Part shown: positions 36,846 through 51,353 of the stretch, one piece after another
How the letters are laid out: each line of letters starts with the position of its first letter
Numbering within the stretch: the stretch's first letter is position 1
Made by a program: the position numbers and the translations under genes
From: Octopus bimaculoides
Lineage: Eukaryota
DNA: 64,000 nucleotides
Assembly: GCF_001194135.2 (NCBI RefSeq)
Contig: NC_068981.1
Location: 134,262,649-134,326,648, forward strand
Direction: 5' to 3'
Notes under the pieces: generated by a model
Seen by the model: only the letters and a program-made list of their open reading frames with translations
Database searches by the model: none
Told to the model about the DNA's origin: nothing

Positions 36846-37844
36846 GGTCACAGTTGGAATGCTTTTGATCATATGCCAGCTTGGTCAAGCTGACTTGGAG
36901 TTAAACAACTATATCAGCATCTACTGTTGTAACAAACTAGTAACAGTTTGCATGTACATGGTTGCTCCATCATCTACAAATAAATTTTATATCTATATCA
37001 TATTACATCCTGTTATCTTAAAATGGGATGGAAAAAAAGAAACATAGTTCTAGAATCACCAGTTAAAGACAGACTGGTCATGGCTGGAATGTCTTTGCTT
37101 ATAGGTTGGCTCAACCATTGCTGACTTGGAGCTAAACAACTTCTTTTATGAACTGTTTTGTCAGCTTGTAATGATCTGTCAAAACTGTGTCCCAAACTAA
37201 TAATTGTTTTGACTCCATTAGTTTTTAATCAGTCTCAGAGCCATTTTAATTTCTGAACATGATATTTGTAATGCTTTAAACCCCCTTGAGGGATATTTTG
37301 AGCTCACAAGGGGGGCAACAGTTGTCATGTGGTATCATGGAAGGTGATGAGTGTTCAGAGAGTATGTAATTTTTCTCAGAACTAAGCTAAATAAACCAAG
37401 TATAACACTTGTATTTCAAACACGTTTTTATTGATGTTTTTTTTTATATCCTCATTATTATAATATAAACAGACATTGTGTCAGCAGAAACATGGCTGAT
37501 GATGCACCAAGGTCCAGTATAATTTCATTATATAAGTCTTTAAGGCTTTGAGCTGGCAGAATTATTACCATGCCAGACAAAATGTTTAATGGTATTTCTT
37601 CTGCTTCTTCACATTTCAAGTTCAAAGCTGCCGAGGTTGACTTTGCCTTTCATCCTTTTAGAGTTGATAAAACTGTACCAATTGAGCACTATGGTCAGTG
37701 GAATTAACTTCAGCCTTGCCGCTCAAAATTGGTGACCTTGTGCCTGAATTAGAAAGGATTATATTAATTCTCAACTTCTTTATAAGTTTCCATAAAAATT
37801 TAACATAAAGAGCACAAATCCATACAAATATATAAAATCAGCTC

Positions 37845-38445
37845 GTTGCCAGTGCCCCTGGACTGGCTCTTGTGTGTGTGGCACATAAAATACACCATTT
37901 TGAGCGTGGCCATTGCCAGTACCGCCTGACTGGCCTTCGTAGGATTTTCGAGTGAAATCGTTGCCAGTGCCCCTGGACTGGCTCTTGTGCGGGTGGCACA
38001 TAAAATATACCATTTTGAGCGTGGCCGTTGCCAGTACTGCCTGACTGGCCTTCGTGCGGGTGACACGTAAAAGCACCCACTACACTCTCTGAGTGGTTGG
38101 CGTTAGGAAGGACATCCAGCTGTAGAAACTCTGCCAAATCNNNNNNNNNNAAATCGTTGCCAGTGCCCCTGGACTGGCTCTTGTGCGGGTGGCACATAAA
38201 ATATACCATTTTGAGCGTGGCCGTTGCCAGTACTGCCTGACTGGCCTTCGTGCGGGTGACACGTAAAAGCACCCACTACACTCTCTGAGTGGTTGGCGTT
38301 AGGAAGGACATCCAGCTGTAGAAACTCTGCCAAATCAGATTGGAGGCTGGTGTTGCCATCCGGTTTCACCAGTCCTCAGTCAAATCGTCCAACCCATGCT
38401 AGCATGGAAAGCGGACGTTAAACGATGATGATGATGATGATGATG
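37845..38445 (+). mobile_element. Family D young element with tandem ~110-bp units; contains a probable false duplication across the gap
   Basis: Units tcgttgccagtgcccctggactggctcttg... start at ~37843, ~37958 and ~38154; (ATG)n tail at ~38424-38445. Confidence 0.85.
38141..38150. other. Assembly gap
   Basis: 10 N between two identical 186-bp stretches. Confidence 1.
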
Positions 38446-39099
38446 CTGGAATGGATAGTACAGAAACATATAGATAACAAGCTCCTGTTTAATTTAATCA
38501 GGGTTTTCAAAAAATTAATTTTATTCTTTATGCAAAATATTAGGAGAAGGCATTTGTAAGCAGGCATCATTCAGTGAAAAGTAAAGGGGATACTGACCTA
38601 CAAAAATTTGAGTACCACTGCTTTAATCTAACCTTTGTTCACATCAAGCAAAATACTGACGTCTGTAGCGTCAGCAGTAATGTTAGTAACATCAGTTGTA
38701 GCAGTCATGACTACAACGATATAGATTGATGTGAAAGCTGTATATTATGTTGTTATTTGAAGTTTATGAAATCAGTTCTACAAATTGTTATTGAATTTAT
38801 CTTCTGGGTTCTTAATCTAGTCCTCGGTAGTAACAAGAATAAGGAAAATATATTTCAAATTTATTAGAAGAATGACAAGAAACTCTGAAGTTTAATAGCA
38901 AAATGGTTATCAAATTTTCATGAAAAATGATAGAAAAACAAATTTATTAAAATTGTTAGACAAGATGCAAAAACATATTAGTAATTTCTTAGTAAATTTT
39001 TTAAAATGTGTACAATAAAAATGATGAAGGAAGTGACAAAGTAGATGTTATGACAGCTAAAAGTTGATTCATGTACTAAACTGATTTTCAGCTTCTTAA

Positions 39100-39291
39100 A
39101 CCTTTGCCTCTCCTGTATATCATGTATAATACAGAGGACACATTTCCCTGGCTTTCATGCATCATATATGAGGCTCATCCCCACTCTTTTTTAACTACCT
39201 TGTACATATGCAACAAGGGCTAGCTAAAAGTCTGAAAACAAGCATGGATGTTTAGGCCAAACTTATGAAAATGATTTGGACAGGCAAAGGG
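39100..39291. mobile_element. TTAA/piggyBac-type MITE family 3
   Basis: TTAA(39096-39099)-acctttgcctctcc ... ggacaggcaaaggg-TTAA(39292-39295). Confidence 0.7.
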
Positions 39292-39928
39292 TTAAACAAC
39301 TGAAAGCAACTACCATGTGTAAAATTATTTTTGAATTTTAACTTACACTTCACATCCTTGAACTGGAATAACTGTGTTACAGCGTCAGTGTTCCAGATAT
39401 GACTGATATTTTCAAGGGTTTTTAAGATTAGTTAAAAATATGAACCTGGATATAGTTACAACTCACTGTTTTATTCTCTGTGAAGTTCTGATATTAAATG
39501 GTGAAGTGTTCACCATGTTTAGAAAACCAAGGGCAAAAAACAGAAATGTTGTATCTCCATACAGTTGTGCAAGTCTGAGGATGCTAACTTCAAATCTATT
39601 TTGTACCTCAATAATATAAGGCGATTATCCTGTTGTGAAGTTTTGTCATATCTACATAAACTTAAAAAACAAATTATGATCTTTTTCTCGAGTAAGAATG
39701 AAGTAAAATATTCTAAACTATTGTCTTATGACTATTGTTGTGTAAAACTGGAATGCCTTGCTGGTATATTTGAGTACAAAAACAAAGTAAATATTAATAA
39801 GTAAGGACCAATAGAGAACATATGTACTTCAACTGAAAAAATTGCTTCTCTTTATTTGGGAATGTGCACAACAGATATGTTTTCTCTTTCTTACAGGTGA
39901 AAAAACATTTTAATTTTGCTTAACTATA

Positions 39929-40328
39929 GGCGCAGGAGTGACTGTGTGGTAAGTAGCTTTCTTACCAACCACATGGTTCTGGGTTCATTCCCACTGCATG
40001 GCATCTTGGGCAAGTGTCTTCTGCTATAGCCTCGGGTCGACCAAAGCCTTGTGAGTGGATTTGGTAGACGGAAACTGAAAGAAGCCTGTCGTATATATAT
40101 ATATATGTATGTGTGTGTGTATATGTTTGTGTGTCTGTGTTTGTACCCCCCAACATTGCTTGACAACTGATGGTGGTGTATTTACGTCCCCGTAACTTAG
40201 CGGTTCGGCAAAAGAGACCGATAGAATAAGTACTAGGCTTCTAAAGAATAAGTCCTGGGGTTGATTTGCTCCACTAAAGGCAGTGCTCCAGCATGACCAC
40301 AGTCAAATGACTGAAACAAGTAAAAGAG
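39929..40328 (+). mobile_element. SINE family A, full-length young copy (resembles octopus tRNA-derived OR-type SINEs)
   Basis: ggcgcaggagtgactgtgtggtaagtagc (A box) ...gggttcattccc (B box) ...internal (TA/TG)n... cagtcaaatgactgaaacaagtaaaagag. The family name is recalled, not searched. Confidence 0.92.
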
Positions 40329-40509
40329 TATAGTGTATGAAAAATCAGTTACTAAGACTCCAGTTACTATGGTAACAGTTCTTGCCACATTTAGACACCA
40401 AGCATTATGAATGGATAAGAAATCATTTCTTAGAAACTGAAAAAGAAAGCAGTAAAATTTTAGACTTCAAGAATAAGAACTTGTGGATTGAATAACACTT
40501 TCATTCTTA

Positions 40510-40860
40510 CCTTTTATCTTTTACTTGTTTAACTCATTAGACTGCTGTCATGCTGGGGCACTGCTTTTAAGGGTTTAGTCAAACAAATCGACTCTGATAC
40601 TTATTCTATCAGTCTCATTTATAGAACTGTTAACTTACAGGGATGTAAACAAACCGACACTGGTTGTCAAGTGGCAGTGGGGGACAAATACAAAGACACA
40701 CACAAGCATGACAGGCTTCAACACAGTTTCCATCTACCAAACTCTCTCACAAGGTATTTGTCAGTTTTGGGCTATAGTAGAAGACAACTGTCCAAGGTGT
40801 TGTGCAGTGGGACTAAACCAGAAACCATGTGGTTGCAAAGTAAGCTTCTTAACTACACAA
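40510..40860 (-). mobile_element. SINE family A, diverged, inverted relative to 39929-40328
   Basis: Tail ttttacttgttttaactcattagactgc to head gcttcttaactacaca. Confidence 0.85.
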
Positions 40861-42280
40861 TAATTTCTGGATTTCCATAAAAAATAAGTGAATATTTGAA
40901 CTTATCAAAGAAAGCGATCATTGTTTTGCTTTGGTTCTCAATATTTGGCTCCATGTGCATAAACTCTCAGCCTTTACAAATATAAAAACAAAAACAAAAG
41001 AAGGAAAATGGCAACTTGCAATGAACAATGTAGAGGCTGGATGATATTAAAGTGTCTTTGTCAAACATCTGATGTCAGATTACCAAAATTTAGCAAAACA
41101 TCAGGGATACAATGTCACCCATGTTCTTTTTTTACTGTTTTATGTTTCTTTAAATTCACCATGACTCAACAGGCATAATGTAATAAAGAATATTTTATTG
41201 ACATAAGCATCACATTATTTTCAGGCATAAAACCCCAGAAACTTCCTTTTTTATCTTTTGTGCTTGCTACATTATTTATGGCTGCTATAGAAATGGGGGT
41301 TTCAATGCATTTGGCAGAAATAGGAAGAGTTTGATATACAAATAGTACGCTGTAGTACATTGGTTACATAGTTAGGTGTGTCACAAAATAATTATGGTTA
41401 AGAACTTCTGAGATATAAGATATCATCTAGATTTGGCCTCAACAATATCATTCTACAGTAGCCTTCTCACTCTAAAGGGAGCAGGCTTTCTTGAAATTTA
41501 TAACTTAAAACATGTGCAGAACAAATGACAAATTACTTCAATGAGCAGCCAAACAGTAGCTTTACTACTAATATTAATTTTAAAATCTTTTGTGTTATCA
41601 TAAAATGAATTTGCTTCCCAACTATAAATGTTATATTAATACATTTATGTAATTTTCACTTTACACTTACACATATATGTACATTGTTTGTTATACACCT
41701 GCCAGTCATTTACCATATTCATTTGTATGTACCTGATCTGGTACTTCATGAAATTAGAGGTTTCTTAAATTATTTTTATAAACTCCCGTTAATCAGCTCT
41801 ATTCTAACACTGGTTATATTGTTTAACTCTTTTACAACAAATCCATCCAAGACTGCCCTAGATCTATGATATAATTTCCATCAAAACACCAGCTTAATAA
41901 TGACAACTGGTTTTGGTTTGTCTACATTTTCCCATAACTCAGTAATTTGGCAAAAGAGACCAATAGAATAGTGGTTTGGTAAAAGAGACCAATAGAATGC
42001 TTAAAAACACAGAACTGGAGTCAATTTGTTTGACTAATCCCTTCAAGGTGGTATCTCAGCATGACCACCATCCAATGTCAGTAACAAGTAAAAGATAAAA
42101 GAAAAGTTCAACGATAAATTGGGTTTAGAGAGCTTAAAATCCAGAATTCAAGAAAAATAGTAATTGACATTGACAATAATTAATCCATATGAGAATAGAA
42201 TAGCTTAATTAGTTCATTTGTTAAGAGGAGTGATGAAATTTATTTTGGACCCTTGTCCTTTTCTGAGAATGAGAGATATA

Positions 42281-42681
42281 CTGTATTTTCTGGCATACAC
42301 GTTGATGTAGTATATAGTGTAGATTCCACATAAAAAGCACCCAGTACACTCTGTAAAGTGGCTGGTGTTAGGAAGGACATCCAGCTATAGAAACCATGTC
42401 AAAACAGACATAGAGCCTGAACAGCCCTTCAGCTGGTCAGCTTCTGTCAAACCGTCCAACCCATGCCAGCATGGAAAACAGATGTTAAATGATGATGATG
42501 ATGATTATGATAATGATGGTGTAGTATAAACATTCAAACATTGTCACTATCTTTCCAAATCTTGCTGCATTTCACATGGAATTTTTAGTCCTCCAAAGTC
42601 ATCTTGGTGTATAAGTTAATCTACCATTTTTGGTTGTAAATTTTGGTCTGAAAATTTCAACTTTTATGCTAAAAAATATGG
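42281..42681. mobile_element. pogo/Tigger-like MITE with a nested family D tail (~42325-42515)
   Basis: TA-ctgtattttctggcatacacgttga ... tcaacttttatgctaaaaaatatgg-TA; imperfect TIRs and TA TSD. Confidence 0.6.
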
Positions 42682-43424
42682 TAGAAAGAACCCCACATGA
42701 CAACACCACTTCCTCATCATTTCCTCATTCTTAAGATGAGCAATGGCCTGGAATGTAAGTTTTTTTTTCATTCTTCAATGCAATTGAATTTAATGAACCA
42801 TTCTACTCTTCTGTTCAGTATCTGTATTATTGGCATATTTTAATCTTCAATTATATCTTCTTTTATATGCAGAACTATTTTTGCTTTCATTGTTGTACAA
42901 TAAAAACATTAAGTCGCCATTGGTTGTGTAAGTCTATAAAAAGCATTGCACTGATTTATGGTTTTCTCTTTCTATTTTTAACATGGATCACCCAATTTTC
43001 ATTTGTTTTCATAATCTTAATCATTAATTTGAATTAATCAATCATATCATGTTGACACCAGGTCTTGCTGTTATCTCCCAGCGCCATATATTATAGACAT
43101 CCTTTCATCCCAAACAATCTTGAATTCTTATACATCACACATCAGTCTCCATATTAAATGTACTGACTCACTTATCATCCTTTGGTTCAATACAACACAA
43201 CCTTTAAAATGATGGTAAATGCCATCTTCATTCAGTATAAATAATGTGATGTCACTGTAACTTTAACAGCTTATAGATGAATTTATTAATTGAATGGTAA
43301 AGGACTGGTGGGGTTGTTGTTCTGCTAGCTGATCTTAATTGAGTAGATGTATGATCAAAGGCACTCCAACCATGATCATCCAAACTTTTTCAGATGTGTA
43401 TACTAGACAACACTGATATTTTTT

Positions 43425-43622
43425 ATCTCCTACTTGTTTCAGTCATTAGACTATAGCCATACTAGGGCATCTACTTGAAGGGTTTAATTGAAGAAATTGA
43501 CCCTAGTATTTACGTTAAGTCTGGTTATTATTCTATCAATCAGTTTTGATGAACTGCTAAGTCACAGAGTGTAAATAAACCAACTTTGGTTGCCAAGCAA
43601 TGGTGGTGGAACAAATACAAAG

Positions 43623-43653
<31 letters not shown>

Positions 43654-43973
43654 TACATATATACATGCATAGGGCATGTGGCTTAGTGTTTAGGGTGCTG
43701 TACTCACAATCATGAGATCGTAGTTTCAATTCCTAGACCGGGTGGTGCATTGTGTTTTTGAGCAAAACTTTTAATCTTGCATCGTTCTGTGATCACTTCG
43801 ACACCTGACACGTGGAACACCATACGCCTATTCAGACAACACCAGTTTGATGGAGGGAGTGAGCTAATGTGCAGCATGAACATTTGATCACTATAAATAA
43901 ATCATTTGTGCAGGTCATTCAGAAAATGAATGCTCATATGTTGCCTTTGATAGGAGAGGCCATCACGCACGCA

Positions 43974-44045
<72 letters not shown>

Positions 44046-44195
44046 GCTTCCACAAAATTTCCATCTATCAAATTCACTTACTAGGTATTGACCTGGGGCT
44101 ATGGTAGGAGACACATGCTCAAGGTGCTATGCAGTGGGACTGAACCCTAAACCACATGGTTACAAAGCAAGCTTCTTAACCATGCAGCCATGCCT
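43425..44195 (-). mobile_element. Family A SINE (-) split by a nested family B SINE (+, ~43672-43925) at its internal microsatellite
   Basis: A tail at 43425-43640, (CA)n, B element, (CA)n, A head at 44045-44195. Confidence 0.8.
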
Positions 44196-47100
44196 TTTTT
44201 TTTTAAAGATATAACTTGCAGTAAATTTGACTGCTATTTCTAACAGATTGAGTAACCATATAGAGGCCCCCTCATTGGCTTGTAACAGTATTTTTCTTAC
44301 AGCATCCTTTCTGAAGTCACTTTATAATTTCTTTATGCTTCCAGTTCTGTCATGCTTATCACATACTGAAGCCATTGAATTAACACAAAAGTATTCGATA
44401 ATAGGAAAGTTATCCAGCTATAAAACCATTCTTCCATAATATATGCTCTAATACACAAAGTGTTATTATTGTGGGGATTTAAATTCTTCATGGGAATTTG
44501 GGCTGGTGCCAAATGTAACCACAGAAAAGTAGATTACTAAAATGGAAAAGAAAAACCTTGACAAAGGAAAATTCCATAATGGTAATGTTAATAACGATAA
44601 TTAACGATGATAATATTTTCTAATATTGGCATAGAATCTTAAACTTAAGGAAAACTATTGTGATATTGGTATTTTGCAATAAATGGATAGAATATATTAT
44701 AAAGAAGATATTAATGTCTAATTGTAAAGACCAAACTTTAGTAACGATCTGGGTTTTCAGAATCATTATATTCTTATGAAAAATGTGTGTATTGTTGGAT
44801 ATTTTTGTGCATGCATGGCTGTGTGGCTGAAGGCACATGTCTTAGTGGTTAGGGTATTTGGCTTATGATCATAAGGTCGTGAGTTTGATTCCCAGCAGCA
44901 TGTCGTGGTCCTTGAGCAAGACACTTTATTTTTCTGTGCTCCTGTTTTTTCATCTGACAAAAATGAGTTGTATCTGTAATTCTAAGGGCTAATCTTGTCA
45001 CATCCTGCTTTATACTGTATCACTCCAAGAACTATGTTATGAGTACATGTGTTTATGGAGTACTCAACCACTTGCACGTTAACTTCACAAGCAGGGCTGT
45101 TCCATTGATCAGATCAACTGGAACCTTCCCTGTTGTAACTGACAGAGTGTAAGTTTTGGCTGTGTGGTTAAGAAGTTTGCTTTGCACCCACACAATTTCT
45201 GATTTAGGGCTACTGTACAGCACCATGGGCAAATGCTAATCAAAGCCTTGTGAGTGGATTTGGTAGATTGAAACTGGAAAAAAGCCTGTTGAATATATAT
45301 GTATGTACATGTATTTGTGGGTAAGTTTGTGCCTTGTCTTGATATTGTGGGTTAATTGTAAACAAATGTCACTGTTATACAAGTGGTGTTCGTCATTTGC
45401 AGTCTTCCATGAAAACATGTCTGGCTATTGTGTTGATTGTGTTTGAAGAACTAGAAGAAATATTCTTTTCTACTCTAGGCACAAGGCCTGAAATTTTTGG
45501 GGGAGTGGGCCAGTCAATTAGATCGACCCCCCCCCCCCAGTGCAACTGGTACTTAATTTATCGACCCCGAAAGGATGAAAGGCAAAGTCGACCTTGGCAG
45601 AATTTGAACTCAGAATGTAAAGACAGACAAAGTACTGCTAAGTATTTCACCTGGCATGCTAACGATTCTGCCAGCTCATCACCTTAAACTAGAGAAATAT
45701 TACTTTATTTGAAAACAGGTGAAAGTTGGCAACAGGAAGAGCATTTTGCTATAAAAATATCCATCTCAGTGGATTTCATGATGATTATGATGATGATGTT
45801 ATTTATTATCACAATGATTAAGTCTTTAGATGCCACATTGTTTTCAATAACGTGTAACCTATTCTGGCTTTCATTTGAAAAACACACAAAAATGATAACA
45901 ATAAAAACTAATCATTTTAATTTGAATGTTGAAGATGTAATAAGCAAAATAGTTATTTGTTACTTTCCATAATTTTTCCATTAATTAAATATACATGTCT
46001 GGATTTCACTTGTCGGTTTTCTAGTTATTCACTAAAACTTAAACAGCTTTGTAATTATTAGTGATCATAGAATTTTGCTGAATGGAGATTCTAATAGCAA
46101 ACCAGCTGTTTGGTATTATTTGACAATGTTGTCATATAACTATCAAGTAAAAAAGAATTGCTCAGATGTTTCTGTTTTGGAGCAGTAGCCCCTGACACAC
46201 ACAAATCTTGGAATTTTTTTTATCCAATGGAGTTTCTACTCTTGTAAACAAATTTGTAATTCCATTGTTCACATGTAAAATTAGTTCCATCAAGCTTGAA
46301 TTGAGGTATTTTTAACAATATGTAAGTGACCTGTGCATAAAATAATAGCTTTCCCCTTTATATTTCTGCTTATTGCAGCATTTAGTGAACATTCTTCTAT
46401 CTGTATAGTGCATGAGAAAGTTATTAATACTGCAGATTCTAACAATGTTCAAGATAATAGTTAGACCAATAATAGCAACAACAGTTCACTGGATATCTAT
46501 GAATGCAGCTTAGCAATAGCAATTCAAAAGAAACATAATGATGTTAGTAATCTATATTTTAATGGGACAACCCTTTGATACCAACTTGCATGTTACCATC
46601 TCTAGCTCTTTCATATACAAAATTGCATTTTAAAGTGTACATAGATAAATTGAAACCTGCCACTATGATTGTGTTTGAGAAATATTTATTTATGTTCTAT
46701 GCATCATCTTAACGAAAAGTTTATTTTAATAAATCCCTCTCATTTCCTGATTATTTATAAAATTCATTTGAATATATTATCATTGATTTTATGCCCACTT
46801 TTTCATGTTTACATGGGTCAAATGGAATTTGGTGAGCCAAATTTTCTATTGCCAAATGCTCTTCCTGTCACCAGCCCTCACCTGTCTCCAGGTAAAGTAA
46901 TATTTCCCCATGACCAGATATGTTTTTGCAGAAGATTGGAAACAAAGGACATCACTTAGATAGTAGTGACATTCACTTACAATTACAAAATCAAGACAAG
47001 GAGACAGTAACAAACACACTTACACATACCCATACATACACACACATTGATTCTATGCATTCATCTGTCTTTATCTCATGTGGCTGACAAGATCAATATG

Positions 47101-47483
47101 AGATAGACAGATCCTGTGGCACTAAAGATACTGAAAGTGACCTCAAACAACAGCTGCAAGAGTTTGATGACAGCATCTCCTCTTTTCATGTAGTCTTCTG
47201 CATCCAATTTCTAAGTGTTCCACTCCAACATCACACATGGACTTCCTTTTGATTAACAGCACAGCCAGTAGCTCCAACTGATTGGGAGGGAAACCACATA
47301 AAATGAGAGACCACACACACACACACTCTTTGAGTGGTTTGTGTTGGGAAGGGCATCCAGCTGTACAAACCAAACCAAATCAGACTGGAATCTACTGCAG
47401 CTCTCTGGCCTACCAGTTCCAGTCAAATCATCTAACCCATGCCAACATGGAAAGTGGACATTAAATCATGATGATGATGATGT

Positions 47484-47517
<34 letters not shown>

Positions 47518-48016
47518 CGAGGGGTTTTGGGTACCCTGAAGACCCACAAGGCAGGTAAGGTTATGTCAGTGCTACGGAAGGACCACTGTTAGACTCCCAG
47601 TTAAATAATAGTATGAGTGAGGAGTCTGATGCAGGTCGAGTATGAACATGTATATGTCAGATAAAATTTCCCTTTATACTTCTTGTATCTTGTATATTTC
47701 ATCTTCATCATCATCATCATCATCATTTAACATCTGTTTTCCATGCTAGCATGGGTTAGGTGGTTTAACTGGAAATGGTAAACCAAAGAGCTGCACCAGG
47801 CTCTGGTCTGTTTTGGCTTGGTTTCTACAGCTGGATACCCTTCCTAATGCCAACCACTCCAAAGGGTGTATTGGGTGCTTTTACATGGACTGGCATGGGT
47901 GTCTTTTATGTGGCACTGGCACTGGTCATGTTAAGATATTTTGAAGAGGCATGAATGTTCATCATATCAAAATACTGTTTGTTTCTATATTATTACCATT
48001 AATACTGTGATGTAAG

Positions 48017-48303
48017 CAGGGCTGTGGTGTTGAAACAAAAAACTTTGACTCTGATTCCGACTCTTCTACTATTGGCACCTCTGACTCCTCTTTATGCAAT
48101 TAAGTGATTGTGGTCTTCATATCTCATAGAGCATATGCATATACTTGCACTTTGAGTAGGCCTATATGTTATAACTGGTTTATATTAAAGAATAAAGATA
48201 TTGTGAGTTGGAGTCAGAGTCAATATAGTTTTACCGACTCTGACTACCACCTAATATTTTCCAACTCTGACTCCATGACTCTGACTCCGACTCCACATCA
48301 CTG
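48017..48303. mobile_element. hAT-type MITE with gactcc subterminal repeats
   Basis: Perfect 8-bp TSD gatgtaag (48009-48016, 48304-48311); TIRs cagggctgtgg / ccacatcactg; multiple (ctct)gactcc motifs. Confidence 0.85.
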
Positions 48304-48705
48304 GATGTAAGTGTATAATCATATGCTGTATAAGAGATGGCTTGTCAGATCTTGGCATAGTTGTGAATGTTTTGTTGTTCACTCCCATTGATATATTAAA
48401 GACAGTTTTCTTATAGTATTGTTTAGCCCCAAGTCAACTCTAAATAAGTTGACTTTTATTAAAGACAATCTAGCTGCGATCAGCCCAGCTCAGGATTATG
48501 ACTCTGTTGACCAACATATCCTTCCTTTATCTTAAGGCTGTAGGATGTGATTTGATTGTTATTTCTGGCAAATCAAATAACTACATAGAGATTCACTCAT
48601 TGGTTCATGTAATTTGTATTACAGTCACAACTCCTTCAGTTCACACAAATTACTAAGAAGCTTAAACACACTCGTGCGCATGCACACACATGCATGCACA
48701 CACAT

Positions 48706-48775
<70 letters not shown>

Positions 48776-48984
48776 TGATAAATCAACAGGAAGTTTATAG
48801 TTTTTAACGTTTAAAAATTAAATTTCCTCAAGTTGGATTACATCAAGTTTATAAAATAAGTATGTGTGATGTTTCAGGTGACTTTTCATGGAATACATAC
48901 TTATTTTACAAATTCTATTAGGTGTATTTTGCAAACACAAACCATTCTCTCAAATTTCTTCAGATTTTTAAAGCTTTTTCTTGT

Positions 48985-49310
48985 ATATTCTTTTATTCTT
49001 TTGACTGTGGCTATGCGGTAGCACCACTTTGAAGGGTTTATTTCTTAAGCCTAGAACTTATTCTATCGGTGTCTTTTGCTGAACTGCTAAGTTATGAGGG
49101 AGTAAACACATCAACACCAGTTGTCAAGCAGTGATGGGGTGATAAACACAGACACAAAGACGCATAGACATAGATGTATACATATCTATATACATATACA
49201 TATACATATATATNNNNNNNNNNNNNNNNNNNNNNNNNNNNNNNNNNNNNNNNNNNNNNNNNNNNNNNNNNNNNNNNNNNNNNNNNNNNNNNNNNNNNNN
49301 NNNNNNNNNN

Positions 49311-49345
<35 letters not shown>

Positions 49346-49445
49346 CTGTGTGTGTGTGTGTGTGTATGATGGGCTTCTTTCAGTTTCTGTCTACCAAATC
49401 CATTCACAAGGTTATAGTAGAAGACACTTGCCCAAGGTGCCATGC
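48985..49445 (-). mobile_element. SINE family A spanning an assembly gap
   Basis: Tail at ~48990-49160 and head part at ~49368-49445. Confidence 0.8.
49214..49310. other. Assembly gap
   Basis: 97 N inside a microsatellite. Confidence 1.
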
Positions 49446-51300
49446 AATTAGTTTTTGTATTTTAGCTTCCCTTTTTATCACATGTTTATTTGTGTTAAAT
49501 AATGCTATCAAAAAGATCCCTCAATACTATACCCAACTCAGTTGTATCTTGTCTTGATGCCCTCATATTAGCAATGGCACCATGAGAAAAGCATCCAGCA
49601 CCCTCAGTATTGTGATTGGCTCTAGCTTGTCAGTTCCTGTTTAATGTCCCAATCCATGCTGGCATGGAAAACGGACATTAAATGATGATGATGATGATAA
49701 TGGTTAACTATGAAATAAATGTACCAAGTGCCTCTGGAAATTATCAACAGTTTGTTTGTGTTTAAGTACTTCTGTAACTAAATGGATTATTATGAAAATT
49801 AAGTTCATTGTTCTTATTAGACAAGCTTCAAATTTTCAGATCTTTTTTTTTTAATACCATCTTCATGATCTTACCACAAAGATCTAGGACATTTCCATGA
49901 AGGAATATAGCATGAATTCACCTTTATTTTTTTTTAATATTACTTTGTTAGAAACCTTTTCTTTTTATGTTTTTTTTTCTCTGTAATTTGGCTGTTCTGG
50001 AAGAAGGAGTTGTGTCCATTGCCGTTGCAGGCCTTCCAAGATCAGCAAAATTGATGTGGTTACTATTTCCCTTGAACTGTTGCATAAAATATGTGCAGGG
50101 AAAGAATTCCAGAAAGCTGACAGTTTAATTTATAATAGTGAGTGTAAAGCTTGTTGAGTAGAAGGTGGACACAGTATGGATGACAAGAGGGAAGATAACT
50201 GCATGAGTGAAGGCTCTGAAGAGCAGAGACCGCTATAGTCATAGAAAAGGTTGAGAGAAATCCATGTGTGTGCCAGTAGTTGGAGTGTGTTAGTGAACTG
50301 TTTGCAAAGTGAAATTCTTAACCACACAGCTATATCTGTATTGTCACTATGTTTGCCAAATGGCTATAATTTTTTTTCCATTACTACATGCCTGATTCTA
50401 ATATTTATTAATTAAAATCTTGATGTAGTCAACCTATTTCAATATTTAAAGATTTCAAGTTGTCACTTCTGCCTGTCTTGGGTAGATTCATTGTTTACCT
50501 ATTCTTTGTGCAAGTAGGGTCCTGATTAATTAAAGTTTTCCCCTCACCACATTAACTGTGTTAGTTCTTATTTTACTAGTTTTTGTTTATTTTGTTGGAC
50601 ATTTTATTGATTAAGTTGCTTCTTTCAAAAATATTTTACAAAACAAACTGAAACTCCTTCGACATAATCTTGAGTCCTGATATTGATTGCAAATTTCTCA
50701 AAGTTACTATCAATGTAAGTTTTCTTACTATTAAATAAAATCATTGAAAGTTATTGCATCTTAAGATGGCTATTCAAAAATTTATTAAGATTTTGTTTTT
50801 ACAAAGCTAGAAATAAAATTCCCTGTCTTTAAAATTGTGCAAGTATCAATTTTTTTTTCTCTTTTAGCTAATGATGCTTCTTGGTATCATAGACACACCA
50901 GCTAGTGCTGTCTCAAGGTGTAGCACACTGGGATGTTGCCCAAAGGCTTCATGGGTTTGCTGTCAATAAATAAATACAATACAGCCCAGTGTATGCAATA
51001 TTGTTAAGATGGTCCAACAAGGTCGATTTTGCCTTTCATACTTTTGGGGTCGATAAATTAAGTACCAGTTGTGTACTGGGGTCGATCTAATCGACTTTCC
51101 CCCTGCCCCAAAATTTTGTGCCTTGTGCCTAGAGTAGAAAAGAATTTTGTTAAGATGGTCCTACCAACAGCTCTCAATTTTAAGGACGCACAAGTGAGAA
51201 ACAGCTAAGAGTACACAGAGTTGCCTCTCAGAACATCTGACCAAAGTGAATGGCCTGGTCTAGGTGATACTGAGGGAGGGAGAGAGAGAGAGAGAGAGAG

Positions 51301-51353
<53 letters not shown>

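Noticed and set aside
37955-38336. Apparent 186-bp direct duplication of the family D core
   Set aside because: The two copies are identical, including a private variant (ggaaggacatcc), and are separated only by a 10-N placeholder. This is the pattern of an unmerged contig overlap.
37780-38369. Recurring ORFs such as MLLRVTRTKASQAVL and MKPDGNTRLQSDLAEF (also at 14.5 and 58.7 kb)
   Set aside because: Antisense or alternative-frame readings of the non-coding family D repeat; their recurrence reflects copy number.
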